From Candidatus Thermosaccharophagus tengchongensis (lineage in GTDB: Bacteria > Armatimonadota > Fervidibacteria > Fervidibacterales > Thermosaccharophagaceae): a DNA stretch of 64,000 nucleotides. The DNA is taken from the NCBI GenBank assembly GCA_032161105.1, contig JAVHTD010000012.1. One strand, written 5' to 3'. Numbering within the stretch: position 1 is the stretch's first letter; every line of letters starts with the position of its first letter. This document shows, one piece after another, positions 28,791 to 39,841 of this stretch. Under the pieces are notes generated by a model. That model was not told the DNA's origin and ran no database searches. It was given only the letters and a program-made list of their open reading frames with translations. The position numbers and the translations under genes were made by a program.

Positions 28791-29792
28791 TTGAGTGAGC
28801 CTATGTTGACCTTGAAAGAGGTTGAACCACTGCTAAGGCGATTCCATGAGGCGAAAATACTCGTTGTGGGCGACTTGATGCTTGACGAATACATCATCGG
28901 TGATGCCGAGCGCTTGTCTCCTGAGGCGCCTGTGCCGGTCCTATTGCGCCGTGAGCGCAAGGTGGGACCCGGCGGGGCTGGGAATGTAGTTTGCAATCTG
29001 CGCTCATTAGGGGCACATGTTTTTGTGTCAGGCGTTGTCGGTGAGGATCTCGCAGGGCAGGAGTTGATTTGCGTCCTTGAGTCAATTGGTGCGGATACAC
29101 AAGCCATCGTGGTGGATAGCTCTCGCCCGACAACACTCAAGACGCGCATCATCGCTCACAAACAGCAGCTTGTTCGGATTGATCATGAGGTCAGAACACC
29201 AATAGGTGAATCAACCTGTGACACGCTTGTTGAGCGCATTGCCCCTCTGATTACGAGCGTGGATGCCGTCATAGTCTCCGATTATGCAAAAGGCGTGGTG
29301 ACGGAGAGATTGATGAGCGCTCTTAAGGCGATTTCAAGGAGGGATGCAGTTTTGCTGTGTGGCGGTCCAAAGCCACGCAACATAGCTTCGTTTGCTGGGT
29401 TTGATCTTCTGAGCTTCAACAGGGCTGAGGCAAGGGAGTCAGCCATGCTCAACGGTGAGCCAATTGATGACTATAAGCGCATTGGGAGTTTGCTTGTGAG
29501 CAGGCTCAATGTCAAGTGGCTTGTGATAACGCGTGGCGAGGAGGGCGCAAGCTTATTTGATGACGGTGGGTGGATTTGCGATATACCTTCACATCGCGTA
29601 ACGGTCTACGATGTTGCCGGAGCCGGCGATACCTACCTTGCTGCGATAGTGCTGGCTTTGGTTTGCGGCGCCGATTTTGTGGCGGCAGCGAAATTGGCAA
29701 ATGCTGCTGCAGCTGCTGCAGTCTGCAAAGTCGGGGTCGCTCCTGTGACGGCGGAGGAGATACGGCGTATTTTGAGCGGCAGATTAATTTGA
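28791..29792 (+). CDS. rfaE1: D-glycero-beta-D-manno-heptose-7-phosphate kinase (HldE kinase domain, PfkB family)
   Basis: [24 protein letters not shown] and DVAGAGDT motifs. Confidence 0.85.
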   Translation: MSEPMLTLKEVEPLLRRFHEAKILVVGDLMLDEYIIGDAERLSPEAPVPVLLRRERKVGPGGAGNVVCNLRSLGAHVFVSGVVGEDLAGQELICVLESIGADTQAIVVDSSRPTTLKTRIIAHKQQLVRIDHEVRTPIGESTCDTLVERIAPLITSVDAVIVSDYAKGVVTERLMSALKAISRRDAVLLCGGPKPRNIASFAGFDLLSFNRAEARESAMLNGEPIDDYKRIGSLLVSRLNVKWLVITRGEEGASLFDDGGWICDIPSHRVTVYDVAGAGDTYLAAIVLALVCGADFVAAAKLANAAAAAAVCKVGVAPVTAEEIRRILSGRLI

Positions 29793-29800
29793 GAGGGCTC

Positions 29801-30643
29801 ATGCAAAGGCGGCATGACGCCACTTCAACCAACGCTTCATCTCCAACCGAGCTGATGCGGATGGGAACGCTCCCTTGCGCATTGACCATAGCTGGTTCGG
29901 ATTCAAGCGGCGGCGCAGGTGTGCAGGCTGACTTGAAAACATTCTCGGCGTTGGGTGTCTTTGGGACATGTGCCATAACGGCGCTGACGGCACAAAACAC
30001 GCTCGGCGTAATAGCTATCCACAATGTCCCGCCCGAGTTCGTTGCCGCTCAAATTGAAGCGGTGGTGAGTGACTTAAAGGTTAACGCAGTTAAAACTGGC
30101 ATGTTGGCAAATGCGAGCACCGTTGAAGTTGTGTCGGAGAAGGTCAAAGAATACAACCTCCAACCGCTCGTCGTTGACCCCGTCATCGTTGCTGGAACTG
30201 GTGCAAGGTTGCTAACTGAGGATGGTGTTGAGGTGCTGAAGCGCAAGCTGCTGCCGCTGGCTACCATAGTCACGCCGAACGCCCGTGAAGCGGAGGCGTT
30301 AACTGGCATCGCAGTGACATCACTTCAAAGCGCAAAGGATGCCGCAATGGCATTGCGCGAACTCGGCGCATCAATATCTGTGATCAAGGGCGGGCACTTG
30401 GGATTGAGCGAAGCTGTTGACCTGGTTTACGATGGCGCTACTTTCATTGAGCTTCGTTCAGAGCGCGCCTTTAAGGGCAGGCTGCATGGCGCTGGATGCG
30501 TCTTTTCGGCAGCGATAACTGCTTACCTTGCCGCTGGCGCTCCACCGCTTCAGGCAATCGCAAACGCCAAGCAGTTCATACAGCGCTCAATTGAAAGAGC
30601 CATCCCTATCGGGGCTGGCGCCGTGCCCGTCAACCCAATGTGA
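29801..30643 (+). CDS. thiD: Hydroxymethylpyrimidine/phosphomethylpyrimidine kinase
   Basis: [23 protein letters not shown] and HGAGC motifs; start approximate. Confidence 0.92.
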   Translation: MQRRHDATSTNASSPTELMRMGTLPCALTIAGSDSSGGAGVQADLKTFSALGVFGTCAITALTAQNTLGVIAIHNVPPEFVAAQIEAVVSDLKVNAVKTGMLANASTVEVVSEKVKEYNLQPLVVDPVIVAGTGARLLTEDGVEVLKRKLLPLATIVTPNAREAEALTGIAVTSLQSAKDAAMALRELGASISVIKGGHLGLSEAVDLVYDGATFIELRSERAFKGRLHGAGCVFSAAITAYLAAGAPPLQAIANAKQFIQRSIERAIPIGAGAVPVNPM

Positions 30644-30666
30644 CTTTGCAAGCTCAGCAATGGCGC

Positions 30667-30942
30667 TTACTTCGGCTTGCCATACTTTGATTCAAACTCC
30701 TCGTCGGAGAGTTCAAAGAAGTCTCGGTTCATTTGGATGTAGTGCCTCATGTCATCTGGCACATCATCCTCATGTTGCGGCACTCGTGGGTCTTGTGGGC
30801 AAACTTCATTGCATGTGCCGCACTCCGTGCATTCATCCGGATTGATGTAAACCATATCGGTTCCTTCATGGATGCAGTTTACAGGGCACTCCTCAACGCA
30901 TGTCAAGCATTTTGTGCAGCCATCAGTTATGACATAAGGCAT
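30667..30942 (-). CDS. 2[4Fe-4S] ferredoxin
   Basis: MPYVI..CTKCLTCVEECP..CTECGTCNEVCP; GGAGG RBS. Confidence 0.9.
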   Translation of the reverse strand: MPYVITDGCTKCLTCVEECPVNCIHEGTDMVYINPDECTECGTCNEVCPQDPRVPQHEDDVPDDMRHYIQMNRDFFELSDEEFESKYGKPK

Positions 30943-31157
30943 CCTAATCTCCCCCCTCCTGCTATTTGCAACCTCTCCTATGCAGGTATAACCTCACGCA
31001 AGTATAGCGCACTTCTGCGGTGGGCAAATGATGTATGCAAGGCAGTAGCCTGCCCGTGTGTTGTGCTCCATTTTCTCAATTGTTTTTTCAGGCTATAATT
31101 CGTGCAGCAGATGTGTAGGGAGTGCATTACAGCATGCGCGAGGAGGAGCAGTCAGCA

Positions 31158-32165
31158 ATGTATCGCAGCGCATCGTCATACCCGCGTGGAAGGCGCAAGC
31201 GCCCATCAAAGTTTGTGTGTGCATTGGTTGCAGCAGTCATTGCGTCAGCGATTCTTGCGCTTGCGATTATCAACTATCGCAAGGCAGCACTTTTGAGTCA
31301 TCGGGTGGGGGTTCAGCAGGAAAGCATCCCAACGCCGATTGCTCCCACAAAGCCAAGCATCCCAAAAAAGGTGTCATTGCCGAGTGACTACGCCATCCCT
31401 ATCCTTTGCTACCACGATTTTCGTGATAGCGGAAAGCACAGGTGGTGGGCAACCCCGCCAAAACGATTTGAGGCACAGCTGCAAATGTTGAATGCGCTCG
31501 GATTCACATTCCTGACTATGAGCGAAGCTGTAGACCTTATCCAAGGTCGTTGGAATAAACCAATCCCAAAGCGCCCAGTTGTCATAACGATAGACGATGG
31601 GTTTCGCTCGGCATACAAGGTTGCATATCCACTGCTCTCAAAGTATGGTGCGAAGGCGACGCTTTTCGTTTACACAAATGCCATTGGCAGTTTTGGTCTT
31701 TCATGGGAGCAGTTGCGCGAGATGACCCAATCGGGTAGAATTGAAGTCGCATCGCACACTGTCACACACCCACATCCAGATCACCTCAAGCGGCTCAAGA
31801 AACAATACGGTGTGAATGGTTATCGTGAGCGCTTGGTATACGAGTTCGCCACCTCAAAGCGCTTGCTTGAGCAAAACCTTGGCGTGAGAGTGAATGGGCT
31901 TGCCTACACAGGTGGCGTAGTTGATGCTGTTGCAATGGAAATAGCTCGTGCTGTTGGGTATAAATGGGCGGTTAAAATTGATCCACAGCCATTTAAGCCC
32001 ACGACGGATGTATACTGCATACCACGCTATGCTGTGAACAATGGCACAACAGTTATGGCGCTCAGGGCTTGGCTTATGGGTGGAGGTTTGCACAAGCAAT
32101 TTGGCAAGTTAAATCGGAGGGGAGTTGCAAGCCAACGGAGGATGTTGAAGATGAGAGGTGGGTGA
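31158..32165 (+). CDS. Membrane-anchored polysaccharide deacetylase (CE4)
   Basis: PILCYH, ITIDDG and ASHTVTH motifs; N-terminal TM; TATAAT at 31094. Confidence 0.9.
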   Translation: MYRSASSYPRGRRKRPSKFVCALVAAVIASAILALAIINYRKAALLSHRVGVQQESIPTPIAPTKPSIPKKVSLPSDYAIPILCYHDFRDSGKHRWWATPPKRFEAQLQMLNALGFTFLTMSEAVDLIQGRWNKPIPKRPVVITIDDGFRSAYKVAYPLLSKYGAKATLFVYTNAIGSFGLSWEQLREMTQSGRIEVASHTVTHPHPDHLKRLKKQYGVNGYRERLVYEFATSKRLLEQNLGVRVNGLAYTGGVVDAVAMEIARAVGYKWAVKIDPQPFKPTTDVYCIPRYAVNNGTTVMALRAWLMGGGLHKQFGKLNRRGVASQRRMLKMRGG

Positions 32166-32203
32166 GGGAAAAGTTGCAATTGCACCATTAGCGGGGTTGA
32201 AAA

Positions 32204-34231
32204 TTAGTGGGATTGAAAGTGGGTCGGTTTGGATGGACATTTGCCCAACTTGCACCATATGAGCTTTTCATCAACTTGCCAATGGGTGTCAAAGAAGCCG
32301 GCGCACAAAATCTCGTTTGCGCCATCTGTCTCTTGCTCCTCGGTGAAGATGGCGAAATCCGGCAGGGTGTCAAACTTGTGATTTATTGGTAGCCCTTTCC
32401 CCCACAACACACCGTCGTAGATGAGAATGTATCGCCTTTGATTTAGCGGGTTGGGATATGCGAGGACAAGTCCCAGTCTCTTACCGATCGTTTTTGTTGT
32501 GAGTTCGTGAGCGCCTATGTGATAGCCATTCTCAAGGAAGCGCACCGGCAACTTGTCGGCAACGAGTTTGACGACGCGGTTTTCGTCCGGTCCGCCAACG
32601 GCGATAATGTTGTATTGCTCAATGTGTTTCTCTGTGACCTCGGTATCTTTGAGCACGGTTGCAACACCATCAGAGAACTCAATCCACTCGTCCGAAAGCT
32701 GCTTTGCCATCTCTTTGCTGTTGGCTATATCACCAAGCAAGGTGCCATACGCTATGATGAACCTGTGCATGTATGAATGCCAGACAGGTCCGCACAGGCT
32801 GTTGACCTTCGCCAATCCATCCCTGCATTTGTGAAGCCTGATGGATAGCTTCATCGGCTTTGTCAACTCACCCCGCGTGAGGGAATCTCCGTTCAAGACG
32901 AGATTGAATTTCTTCGCCGGCGAAATGAGTTGCGGATGAAGTTCAAGTGACAGCGCTGCGACATTCCTCGTGTTCACATATATCGTCCCGTTTGGGAGCG
33001 CTGAAACGCGCACGGTGGCGCGCTTGCACCACTCCTCAAGCTCATCAATGGTCGCCCAATATGCCCTGTTATACGCCGTTGTGAAGGTGTGGTAGATGAT
33101 GCGTTTTGGCATCGCCTGCCTGCGCTTCTCCTTGAACCAGTCAAACACCTTTTCAAAAAGCGAGCTGTCAAAGTAGATCCAATGCGATTCGCCGTGAAGT
33201 ATATTGACCGTTGTCGGGCAGCCAAAGCTTGAAAGGCGTTTAGCCATGAGAATGGCGTTTGCCACCGGGACGAGCAAGTCATTCTCACCGTGAATGATGA
33301 GCATCGGTAGGTTGATGGCATTCTCAGCGAGCATGTATGGGTTCTCAGCCATTAACACAAATGCCCTCGGTGGCGGGAGCGTTGTCTGGTCAAGCTCTCC
33401 CCAAAGGAAGTGGTAGCGCCTTGCAGCCACAACTGCGACAGCGGCAAACAAATGTGGGTTGTGCAATGCGATCGCATATGCACCATAGCCGCCCATTGAG
33501 ACGCCCAAAAGATAAACCCTGTCCTCGTCAACACTGTATTGTGAGAGCACCCTTTTGAGCGCCTCCAGAACATCCTGTTCGCCGATGTGTATGAAGTCGG
33601 TGTTCTTCCTGCCGTGTGGTTGAAGGATGATCAAGTTGCGTTTGTCGGCTATGCGATACACCTCGTCGCTGAGCAACCACGGATTGGCTTTGTTTATTGA
33701 TGGATCGTAGCCGTGAAGGAAAACGACGAGGGCATGCTTTGATGACGGACTGTAACCCTCTGGAACATAAACCCAATAGGGTTGCGCGGAACCATCAGAC
33801 GGAGAAAAGTAAGCCCGCTCAACCAATCCGGTTGTGCCTTTGAGCGCATCCTCATTTCTCAACCAAGCATTCATAGCCTCTTCGGCTTCTGTGAGTGCCT
33901 TCGCCACATCCCTCTCGCTCCACCACCAGCTCCCCCCGCTGAGCATAATCTTTGCCTTGTCAAGTTTTAGGCGAGCCAGTGCGCCAAGTTCGTAATGCTC
34001 TTTGTTTACGAGCTCATTTGCAAGTTGGTTATATCTCGCCTCCAACCTCTCATACAGTTCGTGGAGCGTCTCTCGCCTTGTTGGTAGCCTCCAAAACTGC
34101 GGTGCAGCAAAGATGCAACTTGCAAGCAGCATTAGCTCAGCCATAAGGAGCCATCTTAAAAACTTGCGCTGGCAACTGCGCGCTGGCGCCTGTCGCATCC
34201 TCAGCATTTGCATCCTCATCCACCCTCTCAC
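32204..34231 (-). CDS. Secreted alpha/beta hydrolase (prolyl oligopeptidase-like esterase/peptidase)
   Basis: VFLHG, GVSMGG nucleophile elbow and HGENDLLVP motifs. Confidence 0.8.
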   Translation of the reverse strand: MRGWMRMQMLRMRQAPARSCQRKFLRWLLMAELMLLASCIFAAPQFWRLPTRRETLHELYERLEARYNQLANELVNKEHYELGALARLKLDKAKIMLSGGSWWWSERDVAKALTEAEEAMNAWLRNEDALKGTTGLVERAYFSPSDGSAQPYWVYVPEGYSPSSKHALVVFLHGYDPSINKANPWLLSDEVYRIADKRNLIILQPHGRKNTDFIHIGEQDVLEALKRVLSQYSVDEDRVYLLGVSMGGYGAYAIALHNPHLFAAVAVVAARRYHFLWGELDQTTLPPPRAFVLMAENPYMLAENAINLPMLIIHGENDLLVPVANAILMAKRLSSFGCPTTVNILHGESHWIYFDSSLFEKVFDWFKEKRRQAMPKRIIYHTFTTAYNRAYWATIDELEEWCKRATVRVSALPNGTIYVNTRNVAALSLELHPQLISPAKKFNLVLNGDSLTRGELTKPMKLSIRLHKCRDGLAKVNSLCGPVWHSYMHRFIIAYGTLLGDIANSKEMAKQLSDEWIEFSDGVATVLKDTEVTEKHIEQYNIIAVGGPDENRVVKLVADKLPVRFLENGYHIGAHELTTKTIGKRLGLVLAYPNPLNQRRYILIYDGVLWGKGLPINHKFDTLPDFAIFTEEQETDGANEILCAGFFDTHWQVDEKLIWCKLGKCPSKPTHFQSH

Positions 34232-34989
34232 ATGTTCAACCCGCCATCAATTACGAAGACCTGTCCGGTGATGTAACCAGCAAGTTCGGTGCAGAGGAAA
34301 GCGACAAGGTGGGCAACTTCTTCCGGGCGCGCAAACCGTTGCATCGGGATGAGCTCAAGCATTGCCTTCCTTTTGGTTTCCGGCAAAGAGGCTATCATGT
34401 CGGTTTCAACCACTCCGGGCGCAATCGCATTGACAGTAATTCCTGATCTCGCTACTTCCCTTGCGACAGCTTTCGTGAAGCCAATTAGGCCGGCTTTCGC
34501 CGCGCAGTAGTGGGCTCTCATCACATCACCCATCAATCCCGCGTCTGAGGAGATATTGATGATGCGCCCCCACCTGTTCCTCGTCATGCTCCTCAGAGCC
34601 ATCTTAGTGCACAGGAAAGCGCCTTTGAGGGAGGTGTCCACGACCTCGTTCCATTCGGACTCGCTCATCAGCATGAGGAAGCTCTCCCTCAAGATGCCCG
34701 CATTGTTTACGAGTATATCCACCTTGCCCCATCGCTTAAGCACCTGCGAGAACATTTCGCTAACTTGCGATGCATCACGCACATCCGCTCGGATGGGAAA
34801 TGCCTTGCCACCTTGCGATTGAATTGCCTCAACGACCTTCATTGCGCCTTCTTCATCCTGCCTGTAGTTGACAGCTACAAGTGCTCCATCGCTTGCAAGG
34901 CGAATAGCAATTGCAGCACCAATGCCCCTTGAAGCACCAGTGACTAAGGCAACTCTTTCAGACAGCTCCTTACCCATCCCGACCACCAT
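34228..34989 (-). CDS. fabG: 3-oxoacyl-ACP reductase
   Basis: TGASRGIG, NNAG, YCAAK and YITGQVFVIDGG motifs. Confidence 0.85.
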   Translation of the reverse strand: MVVGMGKELSERVALVTGASRGIGAAIAIRLASDGALVAVNYRQDEEGAMKVVEAIQSQGGKAFPIRADVRDASQVSEMFSQVLKRWGKVDILVNNAGILRESFLMLMSESEWNEVVDTSLKGAFLCTKMALRSMTRNRWGRIINISSDAGLMGDVMRAHYCAAKAGLIGFTKAVAREVARSGITVNAIAPGVVETDMIASLPETKRKAMLELIPMQRFARPEEVAHLVAFLCTELAGYITGQVFVIDGGLNM

Positions 34990-35028
34990 CCAATAGCGAA
35001 GCCGAATTGGGTGATTAAGTGCGTGTCG

Positions 35029-35406
35029 CTACCCCTCAAGCACAGCCACTGCGATTGCCAATGTGTGCGTGTGCGTTAGCGAGAGCCAAATCCGCTTTAC
35101 GCCCATGCTTGAAGCCATTCTTTCAGCAGCCCCGCTAAGGTAAACTTTTGGAGCACCATTTGCATCCCTTATGACGGCTATCTCACGCAAGCTTATGCCC
35201 GCCAAACCAGTCCCGAGCGCCTTGGCGACTGCCTCCCTTGCGGCATAGCGAGCTGCGAAGTGCTTTGCCGGTTCAGCCTGCGACATGCAATATGCTGCTT
35301 CTTCAGGTTGGAAAACTTTGCTGATGAAACGGTTGCCGTAGCGCTCAAGCATCGCCCTTATGCGTTCCACCTCAACCGCATCAATTCCTATGCCGATGAT
35401 GGGCAT
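35029..35406 (-). CDS. acpS: Holo-ACP synthase
   Basis: IIGIGID, FAARYAAREAVAKALGTG and LSLTH motifs. Confidence 0.92.
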   Translation of the reverse strand: MPIIGIGIDAVEVERIRAMLERYGNRFISKVFQPEEAAYCMSQAEPAKHFAARYAAREAVAKALGTGLAGISLREIAVIRDANGAPKVYLSGAAERMASSMGVKRIWLSLTHTHTLAIAVAVLEG

Positions 35407-35505
35407 CCTTAGCTTCACCCCCGTTATGCGCCCAAGCGGTGTTTGCCCAGCTCATGCGGCTCACGATAGATTTGGCTCTGCATCGGGGGAGCGTGTCCAA
35501 GGGGT

Positions 35506-36783
35506 TTAAATCTCGGTCAGTGTTTGCACCACCTTTTCTGCGCTTTGCGCATCAAGCGTGCTGACGATGCTGACTGCCAACTTGCCATGCCCAAATAGCT
35601 TGAAAGCCGTCTCCATCACATCCTCAATGGTTATGCTGTTCAGGCTTGCGAGAACCTCTTCATTTGGGATGAGCTTGTCAAAGTATACAAGTTGCCTGCC
35701 CATTTGGAGCATCTGCCCCATCACGCTCTCAAGCGACATGATCATTGATGAACGCAGCTGCATCTTAGCCCTTTCAAGTTCGCTCTGCTTCACCCCACCT
35801 CGCAATAGCTTTTGGAGTTCACGCTTGAGCATGACCGCCACTTTCCCAACATTCTCAGGCAGGCAGCTGAAGGAGATTGCAAGGAAACCGGCATCCCTCA
35901 TCCCGACACTCATGCTGCCGATGGAATATGCCAAGCCCAGCCTCTCACGAATTGTTTGAAAGAGCCTTGAGCTTGCATTTCCACCGAGTATGAGGTCAAG
36001 CAGTATCATGCAAAGGAACTGTTTCCTTTGGCGCTGCGAGAAGCCATGAGAGCCGATGCACACATGTGCTTGTGCCGCTTTCTTTTCAACGACTTTGGGA
36101 TGCGGCTTCGGAATCGGTGGTGTAATCCTTAGGGTTTGTGCTTTGCCATTGAACGACCCAAACGCCTCCTGCAGTTCCTCAACGAAGCGCTCGTGTTCCA
36201 GACATCCGGAGGCGGTGACGACGGCATTATCGGGCGTGTAAAAGCGCTTGAGAAATGATTTGACGGACTTCGCTGTGAAAGATTTGACAGTCTCTGGCTT
36301 GCCAAGGACCGGTCTTGCAAGCGGGTGTGCGTCCCAAAGCGCCTCCAAGAGCAACTCTTGGACGAGTTCCTCAGGATCATCATTCACCTCCGTGATCTCT
36401 GAGAGGACGACATCCTGCTCAATCTTTATGTCCCTTGCGCATATTGCGGGCTCGGTCACAAGCTCGGCCATCAACTTAAGCATCTTGCTCACGCCTTCCG
36501 GGAGGACACGGGCATAGTAGCATGTAAGCTCCCTCTCTGTGAATGCCTCAAGATACGCGCCGAGCTCGTCCACAACCTGCGCTATCTTTTTCCCGGTGTG
36601 CCTCTTGGTGCCCTTGAACAACAGGTGCTCAACGAAATGCGCCATGCCAAGTTCATTCTCACCATCGTGTGCTGAACCGACCTTGAACCACACCCCGATG
36701 CAAACGCTTTTCGCCCATGGCAATTTCATCGTCGTCACTCTCATCCCGTTGCTGAGCCATGACGAGTTTACTTCGGCTCGCAT
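35506..36783 (-). CDS. M16 family zinc peptidase
   Basis: HFVEHLLFKGT inverted zinc motif; SSRLFQTIRERLGLAYS. Confidence 0.92.
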   Translation of the reverse strand: MRAEVNSSWLSNGMRVTTMKLPWAKSVCIGVWFKVGSAHDGENELGMAHFVEHLLFKGTKRHTGKKIAQVVDELGAYLEAFTERELTCYYARVLPEGVSKMLKLMAELVTEPAICARDIKIEQDVVLSEITEVNDDPEELVQELLLEALWDAHPLARPVLGKPETVKSFTAKSVKSFLKRFYTPDNAVVTASGCLEHERFVEELQEAFGSFNGKAQTLRITPPIPKPHPKVVEKKAAQAHVCIGSHGFSQRQRKQFLCMILLDLILGGNASSRLFQTIRERLGLAYSIGSMSVGMRDAGFLAISFSCLPENVGKVAVMLKRELQKLLRGGVKQSELERAKMQLRSSMIMSLESVMGQMLQMGRQLVYFDKLIPNEEVLASLNSITIEDVMETAFKLFGHGKLAVSIVSTLDAQSAEKVVQTLTEI

Positions 36784-36994
36784 GTTCTGAGCATTCACCC
36801 CTCGCACTGCACTTAAAGCATTTCCGAGCCGCACATCGCAAAGGTTATTATATCAGCTAACGCCAATTGCAATACTGCAACCGTGTGCCACAAGGCGCGC
36901 GTTAAAATGCGGATGCAAAGGGACATCCCTCATTAGGCATGTCCAAGTCAGCCCTTCAATTCGCGATTCAATTGGCTTAAGGGGTGCATGAGCG

Positions 36995-38440
36995 ATGGAG
37001 GAATATGCAAAGAGGGTGCTTGAATGGTGTATGGCTGATAGGATCAGTTATGCGGATGTGCGTGTTGTTGAAACCCGCTTTGAAGAGCTGGTCGTCAAGA
37101 ATGGGCAGCCCGAGGTTATAAGGTCAAGCTGCACGGTTGGATTTGGCGTGCGCCTGATTTGCGATGGCGCATGGGGATTCGCAAGCAGCTCAAGGTTGAG
37201 TGATGATGAAGGTAAGAGCGTAGCCAAGTTAGCAATTGAGGTAGCCAAAGCAAGCGCCGTTCAAAAGAAGCGCGATGTCATCCTTGCCCCCGTGAAGCCT
37301 GTAAGGGCAAAACACAAAACGCCCATTGAGATTGACCCCTTTGAGGTGCCATTGGAAGAGCGCCTTTCGCTGCTCATGCGCGCTGACGAGTTAATGCGCT
37401 CAGTTGAAGGCATACAAGTCAGCGAGGCATGCATGTCCCTTTGGCGCCAGAAGAAGTTGTTTGTGAGCACCGAAGGCAGCGTGATTGAGCAGGAGAGGGT
37501 CGAAGTCGGTGCTGGAATAACGGCAACCGCAGTGAGAGGGAGCGATGTGCAGCGCCGTTCATATCCGGCGGCACATGGCGGAAACTTCGCAGCGAGGGGA
37601 TACGAATTCATCCTATCGCTGAATTTGGAGGAACATGCCCGGCGCATCGCCATGGAGGCAGTCCGGCTGCTTGATGCCGAGCCGTGTCCGTCAACAGTCA
37701 CGACAGTTATACTTGGCTCAAACCAAATGGCATTGCAAGTTCACGAATCATGTGGTCATCCAACGGAACTTGATAGGGTGCTCGGAACGGAGGCGAGCTT
37801 CGCTGGCACGAGCTTCCTCACTCCGGACAAGCTCGGCAAGTTTGAATATGGCTCTCCCATAGTCAACATTGTCGCCGACGCCACAATCGAGGGTTCTCTC
37901 GGTGGTTTTGCACACGATGATGAGGGAGTCCCCGGGCAGCGCTTCCACCTCGTCAAGGATGGCATATTCGTTGGATACCTGACCTCGCGCGAGACCGCCC
38001 CTTTGATAGGGTTGAGCGAGAGCAATGGCACTATGCGTGCCGAAAACTACAACGCCATACCGCTCATCAGAATGACGAACATCAACTTGGAGCCGGGTGA
38101 CTGCACGCTTGAAGAAATGATAAGCGATGTGAGTGAGGGCATCTTCATGGACACGAACAAGAGCTGGAGCATTGATGACAAGCGCCTCAACTTCCAATTC
38201 GGGTGCGAGATAGGGTGGCTAATACGAAACGGCAAGCTGACAAAGATGATTAAGAACCCGACATACACCGGCATCACATATGAGTTTTGGAGGAGTTGTG
38301 ATGCCATTGGGAATGAGAGCGAATGGCAGCTTTGGGGATTGCCGAATTGTGGCAAGGGTGAGCCGATGCAGACGATGCATGTTGGGCATGGAGTTCCGCC
38401 GGCGCGCTTCAGAAATGTTCGCGTCGGTGTGGTGAAGTGA
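36995..38440 (+). CDS. tldD: TldD metalloprotease
   Basis: HESCGH, DDEG, RMTN and CGKG motifs. Confidence 0.9.
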   Translation: MEEYAKRVLEWCMADRISYADVRVVETRFEELVVKNGQPEVIRSSCTVGFGVRLICDGAWGFASSSRLSDDEGKSVAKLAIEVAKASAVQKKRDVILAPVKPVRAKHKTPIEIDPFEVPLEERLSLLMRADELMRSVEGIQVSEACMSLWRQKKLFVSTEGSVIEQERVEVGAGITATAVRGSDVQRRSYPAAHGGNFAARGYEFILSLNLEEHARRIAMEAVRLLDAEPCPSTVTTVILGSNQMALQVHESCGHPTELDRVLGTEASFAGTSFLTPDKLGKFEYGSPIVNIVADATIEGSLGGFAHDDEGVPGQRFHLVKDGIFVGYLTSRETAPLIGLSESNGTMRAENYNAIPLIRMTNINLEPGDCTLEEMISDVSEGIFMDTNKSWSIDDKRLNFQFGCEIGWLIRNGKLTKMIKNPTYTGITYEFWRSCDAIGNESEWQLWGLPNCGKGEPMQTMHVGHGVPPARFRNVRVGVVK

Positions 38441-38452
38441 ACCCCAAGTCAG

Positions 38453-39841
38453 GTGGTAGGAATGCATCCCATTTCGGCTTCATCCGCTCACAAGTTGAGC
38501 CATGTTGGCGATCGCAGCCGTTCAAACACTCTGCGCCGCAGCATATCCATGAGTGAGGACGAGTTTGAGCTGCTGCTTGACTGTGTTCGCTGTGGCTTTT
38601 GCTTGGCGACTTGCCCCATGTTTATGCAGACGCTTGATGAGGCTGATTCACCGCGGGGCAGGTTGCACCTTTTGCGGGCGCTTGCCGAAAATAGAGCAAG
38701 CCCAACTGATGCCCTGCTAAGGCACCTTGATACATGCTTAGCCTGCAGGGCTTGCCAGAGCGCATGCCCATCGGGAGTGCGTTACGGCTCCCTTATTGAG
38801 CTTGCGAGGGCAAGGCTTGAGGAGATGGGGCTCGGTGTGACCAGACGCAACCTATTGCTCAAGGTGCTCATCAGGCATGTTTTCCCTTACAGGCATCGTT
38901 TCAATGCGCTCATTCTATTCGTGGAGATGGCGAGGGTATTGGGGCTTGTGAAGCTGGCAAGATGGCTCTCCGGATGCACCGGCGATGCTCATTGGCTTCA
39001 CGGATGGTTGCAGATTGAAGGCATGTTGCCCGACCGCCGTCAAAGGAGCGCGTGCTATGATGGTAAGACCGTCATACCACCGAAAGGGAAGCGCAGGATG
39101 AGGGTGGGATTCCTTCTGGGGTGCGCCTCAGATGTGCTGCTAAGGGGGGTCAATGAGGCAACAGTCAAGGTCCTTTCGCATCTTGGCTGCGAAGTGATCA
39201 TACCGAGGGGGCAAACTTGCTGTGGTGCGATAGCAATCCATGCCGGCTTTGGGGAGGATGCCAAACGCTTTGCGAGGCGCAACATTGAGGCGTTTGAAGG
39301 GCATGGGCTTGATGCCATAGTTACAAATGCAGCTGGCTGCGGTGCAGCAATGAAGGAGTATGCGCAATGGCTAAGCGATGATGAGTTGTTCGGCGAACGG
39401 GCAAAGGCGTTCTCATCCCTCGTGCGCGATTTCAACGAACTCATTTTTGAGCTTCCGTTTGCAGACGACTTGAAGCCCATCCACATGCGAGTCACTTACG
39501 ATGACCCATGCCACTTGTTGCATGCTCAGGGTATAAGGGAGCAACCGAGGAGGCTCATCACGGCTATACCCTCAATTGAGTTTGTTGAGCTTGAGGAATC
39601 GGATGTGTGCTGCGGAAGCGCCGGAATCTACGGGCTGATGTTCCACGAGAATTCAATGTGGCTGCTTGAGCGCAAGTTGGAGCGGATAAGGCAATCAGGA
39701 GCTGATGCCATAGTGACTGCAAACACCGGTTGCCAACTGCAGCTGCAGTATGGCGTTAAGCGCTATGGTTTAAATGTGAAGGTGATGCACATTGCTGAGT
39801 TGCTCGCATTGTCGTATGGGCTTGATGGAGTGATGAGATGA
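38453..39841 (+). CDS. GlcF-like Fe-S oxidoreductase (two 4Fe-4S motifs, two CCG domains)
   Basis: CVRCGFCLATCP, DSPRGR, CLACRACQSACPSG, CCGA and CCGSAG; start uncertain. Confidence 0.85.
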   Translation: MVGMHPISASSAHKLSHVGDRSRSNTLRRSISMSEDEFELLLDCVRCGFCLATCPMFMQTLDEADSPRGRLHLLRALAENRASPTDALLRHLDTCLACRACQSACPSGVRYGSLIELARARLEEMGLGVTRRNLLLKVLIRHVFPYRHRFNALILFVEMARVLGLVKLARWLSGCTGDAHWLHGWLQIEGMLPDRRQRSACYDGKTVIPPKGKRRMRVGFLLGCASDVLLRGVNEATVKVLSHLGCEVIIPRGQTCCGAIAIHAGFGEDAKRFARRNIEAFEGHGLDAIVTNAAGCGAAMKEYAQWLSDDELFGERAKAFSSLVRDFNELIFELPFADDLKPIHMRVTYDDPCHLLHAQGIREQPRRLITAIPSIEFVELEESDVCCGSAGIYGLMFHENSMWLLERKLERIRQSGADAIVTANTGCQLQLQYGVKRYGLNVKVMHIAELLALSYGLDGVMR

